From: an uncultured Gemmatimonadota bacterium
Lineage (GTDB): Bacteria; Blakebacterota; Blakebacteria; Blakebacterales; Blakebacteraceae
Assembly (NCBI GenBank): GCA_964576115.1
Contig: CAZNUA010000030.1
Span: 1 to 45,029, forward strand
Reading direction: 5' to 3'
Length of the DNA: 45,029 bases
Numbering within the stretch: the stretch's first letter is position 1; every line of letters begins with the position of its first letter. Both the position numbers and the translations under genes were made by a program. Positions 35,735 through 45,029 of this stretch are shown here, piece after piece. The notes below the pieces were generated by a model that saw only the letters and a list, made by a program, of their open reading frames with translations, was not told the DNA's origin and made no database searches.

Positions 35735-36942
35735 GATACCCGGTCCTCTATCAGGGCTCCGCGTATCTCGTCGGCTGTGTCGAGCGCGGCCCGCACGGCC
35801 CCGACGTCATGCGCACGCACGATCTGCACCCCCTCGCGGGCGAGCAGAGCGCAGGCCGCCAGGGTGCCGGGCAGACGCTCGGCCGGCCCCCGGTCGGCGG
35901 GTCCGGAGAGGTGCCGCTTGCGCGACGGCCCGACCAGAAGAGGATAGCCCAATGAATGCAGCTCCGCCATGCGCCGGTAGAGTTCGAAGTTGTGCTGGCG
36001 GCGCTTGCCGAATCCGAGGCCGGGGTCGATAGCAATCGCATCGGCCGCCACTCCCGCAGCCCGGGCGACTGCGGCCTGACGGGCCAGGAAGGCGCTGATC
36101 TCGCCCATGAGATCGTCGTAGCGGGGATCGTCCTGCATCGTCGCCGAGAGCCCCCGCCGATGCATGAGCACCAGTCCGGCTCCGCTCGAGGCAGCCAGAT
36201 CGAGCAGAGCCGGATCGTCGGTCCCGGCCGAGATGTCGTTGACGATCACAGCGCCCGCCTCTATAGCCGCCGCAGCCACTTCCCTCCTGCGGGTGTCGAT
36301 CGAAACCGGCAGGGAGCTGAGACCGACCGCTTTCTCCACGGCCGGCAGAACCCGTTCGATTTCGACTCCGGCAGCAAGCGGTTCGGCTCCCGGACGGGTG
36401 GATTCGCCGCCGATGTCGAGCAGGTCGGCTCCCCCGTCGACGGCGGCTTCGATGGCCTCTTCGACCGCCTTCTCGTTCTGCGACCGGCTTCCGGACCAGA
36501 AGGAATCAGGCGTGGTGTTGATGACCGCCATGAGCAGGGTTTTCGGCCCCAGGTCCAGAGAGGTGCCGCGCAGACACCACTGCCGGCGCGGATCGAGACC
36601 CGCCCCGGCCCGGACCGCCGCGACGGCTTGTGACGTCTCTTCGGCCCCGGCTTCGACCCAGGCCAGCAGTTCGGCCAGCAGACCGGTGGCGATGAAACCG
36701 TTTTCGCCCCGGGTGCGAACGACAGCGGCGGGCAGCGGGCCGTTCAGGAGAAGGGCCGGGATCGGCGGGTCGAGTCGCAGGGCAACGAGGGTGGCGGGGT
36801 CGAGAGGGGCCGAGCTGTTACGGACGGGGGTGCCGAGCGGGCCGCGCCACGGCTCTGTCGCGCCGATTCGTTCCAGCTCCTGCCGGGCTTCGGCCGCGTT
36901 CGAGGGCCAGAGCAGGCGGGCCGGAAAGAGGGCTTCGCTCAC
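35731..36942 (-). CDS. folP: Dihydropteroate synthase with ~130-aa N-terminal extension
   Basis: NTTPDSF, DIGGESTRPG, SIDT, NDISAG, DPGLGFGK, GPSRK, RAHDV. Confidence 0.94.
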   Translation of the reverse strand: MSEALFPARLLWPSNAAEARQELERIGATEPWRGPLGTPVRNSSAPLDPATLVALRLDPPIPALLLNGPLPAAVVRTRGENGFIATGLLAELLAWVEAGAEETSQAVAAVRAGAGLDPRRQWCLRGTSLDLGPKTLLMAVINTTPDSFWSGSRSQNEKAVEEAIEAAVDGGADLLDIGGESTRPGAEPLAAGVEIERVLPAVEKAVGLSSLPVSIDTRRREVAAAAIEAGAVIVNDISAGTDDPALLDLAASSGAGLVLMHRRGLSATMQDDPRYDDLMGEISAFLARQAAVARAAGVAADAIAIDPGLGFGKRRQHNFELYRRMAELHSLGYPLLVGPSRKRHLSGPADRGPAERLPGTLAACALLAREGVQIVRAHDVGAVRAALDTADEIRGALIEDRVS

Positions 36943-37502
36943 CCCCGTCCTCCATAGATGTGGTGGAGGGCTTCGAGGCGCGAGGCCTCTTCGCGCAGCT
37001 GCCCGCGCATGGCCGAGGTGACGATCTGCGAACCCGGCTTCTTGACCCCGCGCATGGTCATGCAGAGGTGTTCGGCTTCGACCAGGACGAGCACGCCGAG
37101 CGGTTCGAGAGCTTCCATGAGCGCTTCGCAGACCTCGGTCGTCAGTCTTTCCTGAATGGTCGGCCGGCGGGCGGCCGCTTCGAGCATCGTGACCAGATTC
37201 GAGACCCCCGTGATCCGGTTGCCGTCGGGAATGTAGGCCACGTGGGCGTGACCGAAGAAGGGCAGCAGGTGGTGCTCGCAGACCGAGTAGAAAGGGATCT
37301 CCCGGGCCACGACCATCTCGTCGTGGTTCTCGACGTCATAGACCCGGATCTCTTCGGCAAAGGGCCGGCCGATGCCGCTGAAGATTTCGGCATAAGCCTC
37401 GGCCACCCGTTCGGGGGTGCGGCGCAGGCCTTCGCGCCCGGAGTCCTCTCCGATCCCCTCGAGGATCTGCCGGACTCCCGCCACGATCTTCTCTCGGTCC
37501 AC
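36939..37502 (-). CDS. folE: GTP cyclohydrolase I
   Basis: REGL..TPERVA, SVCEHHLLPF, QERLT, AEHLCMTMRGV, TSAMRG. Confidence 0.93.
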   Translation of the reverse strand: MDREKIVAGVRQILEGIGEDSGREGLRRTPERVAEAYAEIFSGIGRPFAEEIRVYDVENHDEMVVAREIPFYSVCEHHLLPFFGHAHVAYIPDGNRITGVSNLVTMLEAAARRPTIQERLTTEVCEALMEALEPLGVLVLVEAEHLCMTMRGVKKPGSQIVTSAMRGQLREEASRLEALHHIYGGRG

Positions 37503-37504
37503 GG

Positions 37505-39483
37505 TCAGCTCCCTTCGGGCGGGCTCCGATCGATCTCCGGCGCTCCTGCCTCGCCCTCGCTCTCCTCCGCCTCGCCGCCGGGATCGGCGGACCCGGGACC
37601 GGGGGCATCGGCGCTCAGGCGCTCGCCGACCGGTGCGGGCGGAGGCGGCAGGGGCGGTCCCTCGGCCCCGGTCTTTGAAGCCCCGGTGGGGGGCTGCTCC
37701 GGTTCGCCCGGCTCGCGTCCCAGGGGCTTGCCCGCTATGGCCAGGTCGATCTCCTCACCGCTCAGGATCTCGTACTCGAGCAGAGTCTCGGCCAGGTTCT
37801 TCAGGCCTTCGAGGTTCTNNNNNNNNNNNNNNNNNNNNNNNNNNNNNNNNNNNNNNNNNNNNNNNNNNNNNNNNNNNNNNNNNNNNNNNNNNNNNNNNNN
37901 NNNNNNNNNNNNNNNNNNCCGGCCATGAGGTGCTTGATGACCCCGAGCAGGTAATCGCGGGGCAGCAGGTGGCGTTCGTCGATCGGCAGGTAGTGGGTCA
38001 GCCCCAGGGCCCGGCCTCGGGGGATGATGGTGACCTTGTGCACCGGGTCGGAACCGGGAACCAGTTTGCCGATGATGGCGTGACCCGATTCGTGGTAGGC
38101 GATCCGCTTCTTCTCTTCATCAGCGATCACCATGCTGCGCCGCTCGGTCCCCATCATGACCTTGTCCTTGGCCTCCTCCATGTCGACCATGGTCACTTCG
38201 TCGCGGTTGAAGCGGGCGGCCAGAAGGGCGCCCTCATTGACCAGGTTGGCCAGGTCGGCCCCCGAGAGACCGGGGGTGGTCCGGGCCAGGATGGCCAGAT
38301 CGACATCTTTGGACAGGGGGATATTGCGGGTGTGCACCCGGAAGATCCCTTCGCGACCCTTCACGTCGGGCAGATCGACCACCACCTGGCGGTCGAAGCG
38401 GCCCGGTCGCAGCAGGGCCGGGTCGAGCACGTCGGGGCGGTTGGTGGCCGAGATCAGGATCACCCCGTCGTTGGATTCGAAACCGTCCATCTCGACCAGG
38501 AGCTGGTTGAGGGTTTGCTCGCGCTCGTCGTGGCCCCCTCCCAGACCGGCGCCGCGGTGGCGGCCGACGGCATCGAGTTCGTCGATGAAGATGATGCAGG
38601 GCGCGTTCTGCTTGCCCTGCTCGAACAGGTCGCGCACCCGGCTGGCCCCCACGCCGACGAACATCTCCACGAAATCGGACCCGGAGAGGCTGAAGAAGGG
38701 CACCCCCGCTTCACCGGCCACCGCCCGCGCCAGCAGGGTCTTGCCCGTTCCCGGCGGGCCGAGCAGGAGCACGCCCTTGGGAATGCGGCCCCCCAGGCGC
38801 TGGAATTTTGCGGGGTCTTTCAGAAACTCGATGACCTCTTCGAGTTCCTGCTTGGCTTCATCGGCCCCGGCCACATCGTTGAAGGTGACCTGCACCTTGC
38901 CCCCGGTGAGCAGGCGGGCCCGGCTCTTGCCGAAGCTGAACACCCCCCGCTGCCCCCCCTGCATCTGCCGCATGATGAAGAGCCAGACGGCCAGAATCAG
39001 GATCCAGGGCAGGATACCGACCAGGTAGTCGGTCCAGGGACGGGTTTGCTCCTTGAAGGTGTACTCGACATTTTTTCCGTCCCAGTACTGCAGCAGCTCG
39101 ATGTCGATGATCCCCTCGGGCAGCACCAGGGTGAAGTGGCGGAAGGTGCGGGTCTGCCCGCGGATCTCGCGCAGGATGGGGGAGCGCACCCGGCCGGTGA
39201 CCATGGTGTTGCCCTCGATGGTGATCGAGGCCACATCCTCGCGCTGTACCATTTCGGTGAATTCGGGGTAGGTGATCTCGATCTGGTTCCCGCTCCCCGG
39301 ACTGTTGAGCACACTCACGATCATGACTCCGCCGAGGAAGATGACGGCCCAGATGAAGAGCATGCGGGTGAAATTGCTCCCGCCCTTGAGCGGATTCTGG
39401 CCGCCGTCTCCGGGGCGGTTCCGGCGGTCGCCGGGCCGTGGGGGCGGGGGGATCTTGTCGCGCCTGCCGTCCATATCGCTCAC
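37505..39483 (-). CDS. ftsH: ATP-dependent zinc metalloprotease FtsH (interrupted by assembly gap)
   Basis: 2 [30 protein letters not shown]. After the gap: [16 protein letters not shown] and a Pro/Gly-rich tail to TGA 37505. GTG 39483 with GGAGG SD. Confidence 0.95.
37819..37918. other. Assembly gap (100 N) inside ftsH
   Basis: Run of N. Confidence 1.
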
Positions 39484-39487
39484 TGCC

Positions 39488-40045
39488 TTACCTCCCGGGA
39501 TCATCCTCGGGCAGACCGGAGAGTGTAGCCACATAGGGAAGGTGGCGGTACTTCTCCGCGTAGTCCAGCCCGTATCCTACCACGAAGACGGGCGGAACGG
39601 TGAATCCGACGTACGAAACGGGAGGGAGTTCCTCCTCGTCCACTCCCTGTTTACGCAGCAGCGTGATGATCCGGACCGAGTCCGCGCCGCGGGCGGCGAG
39701 TTCGTCGGCCAGAAACCGGATCGTCAGGCCGGTGTCGATGATGTCCTCAACCAGCAGGAGGTGGCGCCCGGCCACCTCGTTGCCCAGATCCTGCGTGATC
39801 CGCACCTCCCCGGTCGATTCCGTGCCCCCGGCATATGACGAGACCGCGATGAAGTCGATCTCATGCGGGATGGTCAGCCGCCGGGTCAGGTCGGCGGTGA
39901 AGATGTACGATCCTTTCAGCACGCAGACGACGAGCAGATTCTCCCCGGCGTAATCGGCATCGATCTGCGCCGCCAGTTCGTCGATCCTGGCCTGGAGCCG
40001 CTCGCTTGAAAGCAGCGGCTGGGGCTGTATCTCGCGCTCGGTCGT
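39488..40045 (-). CDS. hpt: Hypoxanthine phosphoribosyltransferase (apparent ACG start)
   Basis: [36 protein letters not shown]. Hpt-like sequence extends upstream of the ORF-track start ([22 protein letters not shown]) to ACG 40045 behind an AAAGGA SD. Confidence 0.9.
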   Translation of the reverse strand, partial: TTEREIQPQPLLSSERLQARIDELAAQIDADYAGENLLVVCVLKGSYIFTADLTRRLTIPHEIDFIAVSSYAGGTESTGEVRITQDLGNEVAGRHLLLVEDIIDTGLTIRFLADELAARGADSVRIITLLRKQGVDEEELPPVSYVGFTVPPVFVVGYGLDYAEKYRHLPYVATLSGLPEDDPGR

Positions 40046-40086
40046 GGCCGGGTCCTTTCCCTGGCAGCCGCTGCCGCGACACCCCT

Positions 40087-41571
40087 TCAGACCGGATCGA
40101 AGTGTATCTGCAGAGCCGGCTCGTCCCCCGCGAGCCGGGCCGGCTCGGCGGTGCGGACCGCCGCCAGCCAGAGGATCGTGGGCCCGCTTTCGACGACCGG
40201 CAGGCGCGCCCGCCTGAGTCGCGGTACCCGGGCCTGGCCGAACAGATCAGCCAGCGACGCCGAGCCCGCCGCCCCGAAAGGGTGCAGGCGATCGCCCGCC
40301 CGCGGGTAGCGGACCGTATAGGTCCGGCCCCGCCGAGGTGCGGGCAGGATCGTAGTCCGGCGCCCGTCCAGGCCCGAGATCGTACCACCGGCCTGCAGCT
40401 TCTCGCAGGTCCCGGGGTCGGCCGGATGCCAGGACAGGGTACCACCCCGGGGCAGGATAAGCGAACCCCTGGAGGCAGCCCCGGCCCCGGTTGCGTTCGG
40501 GTCGATCCGGCCCTGCCACGAAGCGCCCCTCTCCCAGTGCGGATCGCCGCCCGCGACCAGCAGGAGTCCGGCGGCGGTCGACTCGGCCCAGAGCCGGGGC
40601 GCGATCTGCACCAGATACCCTCCGCCCGGTGCTCCCCCCCGTCGCCACAGATGCAGTACAGCATCTCTCACACGCGATGAAACGGTACGGGGATCGGTCC
40701 CGGTGCGTTCCAGGGCCGCATCGAGAAGGGCCTGTTCAAGTTTACCAAGATGTGCGGGGGTTTCGGGCCTCTCAAGCACAATCTCCCCGCTCAGAAGGGC
40801 CCCGGGACCGACCGGCCGATCGGTTCGATCCCGGTCGGCTGCAGTTCCCGGCCCGTGCTGCGAACGCCCCGTCAGCCACCACTGCGCCAGGCCCTCGATC
40901 TCCGGCTGAAGGGCGCGGGCCCGTCGACTCAGGTCGTCGGCGGCGTCGAGCAGCCCGCTGTAATCCCCCTCGTCGAGGGCCTCGAGGCACCGCCGCCAGC
41001 GGTTGCGGTCCAGGGAGGTGTCGCGGTTCGATTCATCCTCGCACCACCTCGCTCCGCGGGCTTCGAGCCAGGTCCGCAGTTCGTTCCGGCGTACTCCGAG
41101 CAGGGGCCGCACCACCCCGTCGGCCCGCCGCGGCAGAATGGCCCTCAGGCCGCGCACCCCGGCCCCCCGCTCCAGACGCAGGGCCACCGTCTCGAGCTGA
41201 TCGTCGCGGGTGTGCCCGGTCGCAATGAGACCGCCCGGCACATGGGTGTCGCGCACCCGACACAGGAAGTCGTAGCGCAGGCGGCGCGCCGTTCCCTCCA
41301 TGCTCTCCCCCCCCCGACGATCCTCACCGACCGCAGCGCGCTCGCTGATCACAGGCAGGTCCCGCTCGGCGGCCAGCTCGCGTACGAACCGGGCCTCACC
41401 GGCCGAGGTCGGGCGCAGGCCGTGATCGAAGTGGGCGACGAGCAGACGCCAGTCGCGCTGCGGGGCCCGATCGGCCAGCAGGTGGAGCAGCGCCACCGAA
41501 TCCCCTCCACCCGAGCAGGCGATGACGATCTCCGCTCCCGGGGGCAGATATGTCGTATCCAGCTCCGGCAC
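40087..41571 (-). CDS. tilS: tRNA(Ile)-lysidine synthetase
   Basis: ACSGGGDS PP-loop, HFDHGLR, ARRLRY, GHTRDDQLET, RPLL, EDESN, TilS_C-like end. GTG 41571 after GAGGAG (alternative start 41586). Confidence 0.93.
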   Translation of the reverse strand: MPELDTTYLPPGAEIVIACSGGGDSVALLHLLADRAPQRDWRLLVAHFDHGLRPTSAGEARFVRELAAERDLPVISERAAVGEDRRGGESMEGTARRLRYDFLCRVRDTHVPGGLIATGHTRDDQLETVALRLERGAGVRGLRAILPRRADGVVRPLLGVRRNELRTWLEARGARWCEDESNRDTSLDRNRWRRCLEALDEGDYSGLLDAADDLSRRARALQPEIEGLAQWWLTGRSQHGPGTAADRDRTDRPVGPGALLSGEIVLERPETPAHLGKLEQALLDAALERTGTDPRTVSSRVRDAVLHLWRRGGAPGGGYLVQIAPRLWAESTAAGLLLVAGGDPHWERGASWQGRIDPNATGAGAASRGSLILPRGGTLSWHPADPGTCEKLQAGGTISGLDGRRTTILPAPRRGRTYTVRYPRAGDRLHPFGAAGSASLADLFGQARVPRLRRARLPVVESGPTILWLAAVRTAEPARLAGDEPALQIHFDPV

Positions 41572-41653
41572 CGCGCTCCTCTGCACGCAGAAAGGGGAAG
41601 GCGGAGGCCTTCCCCGTGTCCTTACCGGCCCCCGCTCGAGGGGCTGCCAATTG

Positions 41654-41730
41654 TGGTGGCGGTGCAGGGACTCGAACCCCGGACACGTGGATTATGATTC
41701 CACTGCTCTAACCAGCTGAGCTACACCGCC
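41654..41730 (-). tRNA. tRNA with CAT anticodon, most likely elongator tRNA-Met
   Basis: GGCGGTG TA GCTC AGCTGGTTA GAGC A GTGGA ATCATAA TCCAC GTGTC CGGGG TTCGAGT CCCTG CACCGCC ACCA: full cloverleaf with encoded CCA; G1-C72 is paired, so not an initiator. Confidence 0.95.
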
Positions 41731-41875
41731 GATGAAATCATGCAGAGAAATATCAAGATGACGGTCCCGCAGCATTGAAGCAACTCTCATGTGATCGGTT
41801 CCCGGAGCGGTTCCCGCCGATCCTGTCCGGTCCTGTGCCCCGACTGCCCGAAGGACCCCGTATCGGTTCCGCGAA

Positions 41876-41910
41876 ACCTATTTATATAACTAACGTAGTA
41901 AAAAAACATC
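41876..41910. promoter_or_regulatory. AT-rich patch upstream of padR; candidate promoter/operator
   Basis: AACCTATTTATATAACTAACGTAGTAAAAAAAC in a high-GC background; small inverted repeats TTATATAA and ACTA-acg-TAGT. Confidence 0.4.
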
Positions 41911-41962
41911 CCGGGAGCCTGTCGGAGCAACCGGCCCCAACCTGATAGACCTGGAGAACCCG

Positions 41963-42304
41963 ATGGCTGAGACCCGCCTGCGTGAGTTCGAAGAACTGGT
42001 CCTGCTTGCCGTCATGGTGGGCGCGGACCGGTCGACCGGAGCCGTGATCCAGGAGGTTCTGGAACGGGAGGCCGACAGAACCGTCTCCATCGGCGCGATT
42101 TACACCGCCCTGGACCGTCTGGCCCGCAAGGAGCTGGTCGAGTCATGGCTGGGGGAACCGACCCCGGTTCGGGGCGGACGCCGCAAGCGCCATTACCGGG
42201 TGACCCCTCTGGGCCTGGATCACCTCACCGCAGTGCGCCGGGTACGCGATCGGATGTGGGCCAAAGTACCGGCGGGACTCATCGAGAAAGAGGTGACCTC
42301 ATGA
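41963..42304 (+). CDS. PadR-family transcriptional regulator
   Basis: EFEELVLLAV, VSIGAIYTALDRL..K.LVES, TPVRGGRRKRHYRVT..G; GGAG SD. Confidence 0.93.
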   Translation: MAETRLREFEELVLLAVMVGADRSTGAVIQEVLEREADRTVSIGAIYTALDRLARKELVESWLGEPTPVRGGRRKRHYRVTPLGLDHLTAVRRVRDRMWAKVPAGLIEKEVTS

Positions 42305-45029
42305 TCGCCCCGCCCCGGCTGGCCTCGGCGCTGCTCCGCTGTTTCTGCGCCCCCGAACGACTCGCTGAGACCCGGGGCGATCTGCGGGAGGCCTTTGAGC
42401 GCTGGATGCATTCCCGGGGAGTGGGGTACGCCCGCCGTCGGTACTGGCGGGAAACCCTGCTGGTGCCGTTCTGGCGCAACGTGAGCTGGTGGCGCGCTGT
42501 CCGGGATGCCGCTACGACCGGAAAGGCCGCCGACGAAGGCGACGAGCGGATTGCCCCGGAGAGGACTGCCCCGGAGAGGATTGCCCCTTCACCCCGACCG
42601 GCGCCCGACCTCATCCCCCCTTCCCCCCGACACCCGGGAGAGTTCGGGTGGAATGTAGGCCAGGATATACGCTACGCCCTGCGGGCCCTGCGCCGCAGTC
42701 CCGGCTATACCCTCACCGCCCTGCTGATCCTGGCCGCCGGCATCGGAGGGGGGGTGACGGTCTTCACCCTGGCCGACACCCTGTTTCTGGAACCGCCGCC
42801 GCACATCCGGGAGCCGGAGACACTCGTCGGATTCGAACAGGTCATGGACACCGGGCAAGCCATGCTCTCCTGGGGTTATTACGATTATGACTGGTATCGA
42901 GAACGAACCGAGGTGTTTTCCGGGATCACGGCCTATACCGGTTTCCCCGGCACCCGGGGGATGAGTCCCCAGACGGGGGGCGAGATCGCCGTCGGTGAAG
43001 GGGAAGACATCGTCCAGGCGCTGGCCTGGGTCGTATCGGGCAATTTCTTCGACGTTCTCGGTACGCCCCTGGCCCGGGGGGGCGGATTCACGCTCGATGA
43101 CACGGGTCTCGAGAGCGGCCGGCCCGAGGTCATCATCAGCCATGGTTTCTGGCGGCGGCAATTCGGCGAAGATCCAGGTGTACTCGAGCGCCCGCTCCAT
43201 CTGAACGGACATTCTTTTCGTGTTGTCGGTATCGCCCCCGAAGGATTCCGGGGGGTGAATCCTCTCGAGGTACCCCCCGATCTCTATCTCCCCATTCTGG
43301 CGGCGAGCACGACTTTACAGAGCGATATCGTCAACTTTGAACGCTTCGATCGCGAGGGGAATCCGACCGCAGGGCGATCGCTCGTGCTCGTCGCCCGCCT
43401 CGAACCGGGCGTGGATGTCACCGCCGCCAGGACGCACCTGGCGGTTCTGCAGGAAGAATGGGAGGCGGAGTTCGGAGCGTGGTCTGAAGCCATGTACGAC
43501 GGATCCTATCGCGCACGGCTGCGTTCCGATATTCACTCCAGCCCGCCGGTCGAGCAGAGCCTGACCTTTCTGGCGCTCATCGTCGGAGCGGTCTTCCTGA
43601 TCGCCTGTGCCAATATCGCCATCCTGCTGCTGGCCCGGACCTCGGCCCGGCAGCGGGAAATCGGTATCCGCACGGCCCTGGGGGCGGGCCGGACCCGGAT
43701 CGTCCGGCAGGTTCTCACCGAGTGTCTGCTTCTCTCGGGTATCGGAGGCGTGCTGGGGATCGGGGTGGCGATCCTGACGGTCCGGGGGGCCGCCGTGACT
43801 TTGCCCTGGGATATCGGGGCGCGGATCGCTTTTCATCCCGATGCCACCGTCATCCTCTTCGCGGTTCTTCTCGCCACTCTGGCTGCGGTTCTTTTCGGGA
43901 CCGGTCCGGCCTGGAGCCTGTCCCGTCTCGCTCCGACCCGGGTCATACACCGCTCGGAACGGGGCCGGACGCGGATCCGGTTACGCAACGGTCTCGTCGT
44001 GGGGCAGTCGGCCCTGTGCATCATCCTGCTCGTGATCGGCGGTCTGCTGGCCCGCAGCCTGGATGCGGCCCGCGATGTGGAGCTGGGTTTCGAACCCGAC
44101 CGCCGGATACTCATGAGCCTTCGATTGGGGAATCACGGTTATTCCCAGACCGAAGGGCGGGAGCTGATCACCGGCATGCTGGACCGGCTCGCCGCCGAGC
44201 CGGGTGTAGCCGGGGTTTCCACCTGCCACCGCCGACCCTTCTGGGGAAGCTGGACGATGGATTTCACGCCCCCCGGCGCCGGTCCCGATGCTGAGACCTT
44301 TCAATCAGCCATGAACCTCGCCGGTCCCGGCTACTGCGAACTCATGGGGATCGACCTCGCGGCGGGACGGGAGTTCAACCGGGACGACAATCTGTCGGCC
44401 CCGCGGGTGGCCGTTGTCAGCGAGGAATTCGCCCGCCGCATGTGGCCCGGCGAGAATCCGCTGGGCAAGACTCATCCCTTCCTGTCTCCGTACTCAGAGG
44501 AGAACTGGACAGTCGTCGGCGTGGCCGGTGATGCCATCTATTACACCATTCAGGAATCGACCTGGCCGATGGTCTACCTGCCCCATCTCCAGCTCTATCA
44601 GGGCCGGATGTCGTTCGTGGTCAAAACCCACGACGATCCCCGGGCGATGCTCCGCCCGGTCGAACTGGCGATGCGGGAACTCGATCCCAACCTGGCCATC
44701 GAACCCCTGGTCCTGTCCGATCTCGTGACCGAAGAATGTGCTCCTTACCGTATCTGGGGTACTTTCGTGGCCCTCTTCGCCGCCCTGGCGCTGCTCCTGT
44801 CCGCCGCCGGCCTGTACGGGGTACAGGCTTTCCTCATCACCCGCCGCAAGCGCGAGATCGGTGTCCGGATGGCCCTGGGTTCGACCGGACGGCAGGTTCT
44901 GCGCACGATCATCGGCCGCGGACTGTTGCTCGGCGGTCTGGGGGCGACGATCGGTATCCTTGCCGCCCTGTGGCTGGAGCGTCTGGTCCGGGGTCTGCTC
45001 TTCGGGGTTTCACCGCACGACCCGACCGT
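42301..45029 (+). CDS. ADOP-type (MacB/FtsX duplicated) ABC permease, 3' partial; absent from the ORF track because it has no stop in the window
   Basis: ATG 42301 overlaps the padR stop; MIAPPRLA..GDLRE..ARRRYW, QDIRYALRALRRSPG, LIACANIA..RQREIGIRTALGAGR.RIVRQ, GLYGV..RR.REIGVRMALG. Confidence 0.92.
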   Translation, partial: MIAPPRLASALLRCFCAPERLAETRGDLREAFERWMHSRGVGYARRRYWRETLLVPFWRNVSWWRAVRDAATTGKAADEGDERIAPERTAPERIAPSPRPAPDLIPPSPRHPGEFGWNVGQDIRYALRALRRSPGYTLTALLILAAGIGGGVTVFTLADTLFLEPPPHIREPETLVGFEQVMDTGQAMLSWGYYDYDWYRERTEVFSGITAYTGFPGTRGMSPQTGGEIAVGEGEDIVQALAWVVSGNFFDVLGTPLARGGGFTLDDTGLESGRPEVIISHGFWRRQFGEDPGVLERPLHLNGHSFRVVGIAPEGFRGVNPLEVPPDLYLPILAASTTLQSDIVNFERFDREGNPTAGRSLVLVARLEPGVDVTAARTHLAVLQEEWEAEFGAWSEAMYDGSYRARLRSDIHSSPPVEQSLTFLALIVGAVFLIACANIAILLLARTSARQREIGIRTALGAGRTRIVRQVLTECLLLSGIGGVLGIGVAILTVRGAAVTLPWDIGARIAFHPDATVILFAVLLATLAAVLFGTGPAWSLSRLAPTRVIHRSERGRTRIRLRNGLVVGQSALCIILLVIGGLLARSLDAARDVELGFEPDRRILMSLRLGNHGYSQTEGRELITGMLDRLAAEPGVAGVSTCHRRPFWGSWTMDFTPPGAGPDAETFQSAMNLAGPGYCELMGIDLAAGREFNRDDNLSAPRVAVVSEEFARRMWPGENPLGKTHPFLSPYSEENWTVVGVAGDAIYYTIQESTWPMVYLPHLQLYQGRMSFVVKTHDDPRAMLRPVELAMRELDPNLAIEPLVLSDLVTEECAPYRIWGTFVALFAALALLLSAAGLYGVQAFLITRRKREIGVRMALGSTGRQVLRTIIGRGLLLGGLGATIGILAALWLERLVRGLLFGVSPHDPT
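42544..42588 (+). repeat. 3 x 15-bp in-frame tandem repeat (ERIAP-ERTAP-ERIAP)
   Basis: GAGCGGATTGCCCCG / GAGAGGACTGCCCCG / GAGAGGATTGCCCCT. Confidence 0.85.

Noticed and set aside
37505-39483. Apparent frameshift or pseudogene in ftsH
   Set aside because: The frame change spans a placeholder 100-N gap, and the missing protease segment is probably longer than 100 nt, so this is an assembly artefact.
341-41697. Many long antisense or alternate-frame ORFs (e.g. 341-1717+, 5933-7744+, 8832-10673+, 18223-20262-, 37417-39528+)
   Set aside because: They shadow well-supported genes, have no recognisable motifs and are expected in high-GC DNA.
41654-45029. tRNA as an integration site for a padR-ADOP island
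   Set aside because: padR-ADOP lies on the tRNA 5' side; no integrase or duplicated tRNA 3' end was seen.

Overview
High-GC scaffold with two 100-N gaps (32701-32800, 37819-37918). It probably comes from a non-Bacteroidota FCB-group/Gemmatimonadota-like diderm; this is inferred from FlgD-Ig/T9SS-like C-terminal domains, PorX, a short Bacteroidota-like sigma70, LpxH and a PadR+ADOP permease pair. Most genes are housekeeping and on the minus strand: tRNA(CAU)-tilS-hpt-ftsH-folE-folP-cdaA-rimO-plsC; tdh-kbl-capA; a sigma70; M23-rarA-lgt-small ORF-lemA; and ruvX-mltG-porX. lpxH, rmlAB, a DUF5916 outer-membrane protein and padR-ADOP are on the plus strand. The standout is a ~12.6 kb co-oriented cassette (2112-14750) between porX and tsaE. 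It encodes a 1612-aa secreted beta-propeller protein, a CHASE2 adenylate cyclase, an LPP20/FlgP-like protein, a TPR-SLH lipoprotein, a FlgT-like protein, a FecR protein, a CsgG/FlgO-like protein and a TlpA redoxin, and is a candidate trans-envelope cAMP signalling system built from non-flagellar FlgOPT-like parts. Other notable items are a tandem covarying structured repeat at 26973-27158, a ~280-nt sigma-factor leader with six GGA repeats, an apparent ACG start codon for hpt, an unannotated 49-aa membrane protein, and active-site variants of FolE, PlsC and PorX. All family calls come from motif recognition by eye; no database searches were run.
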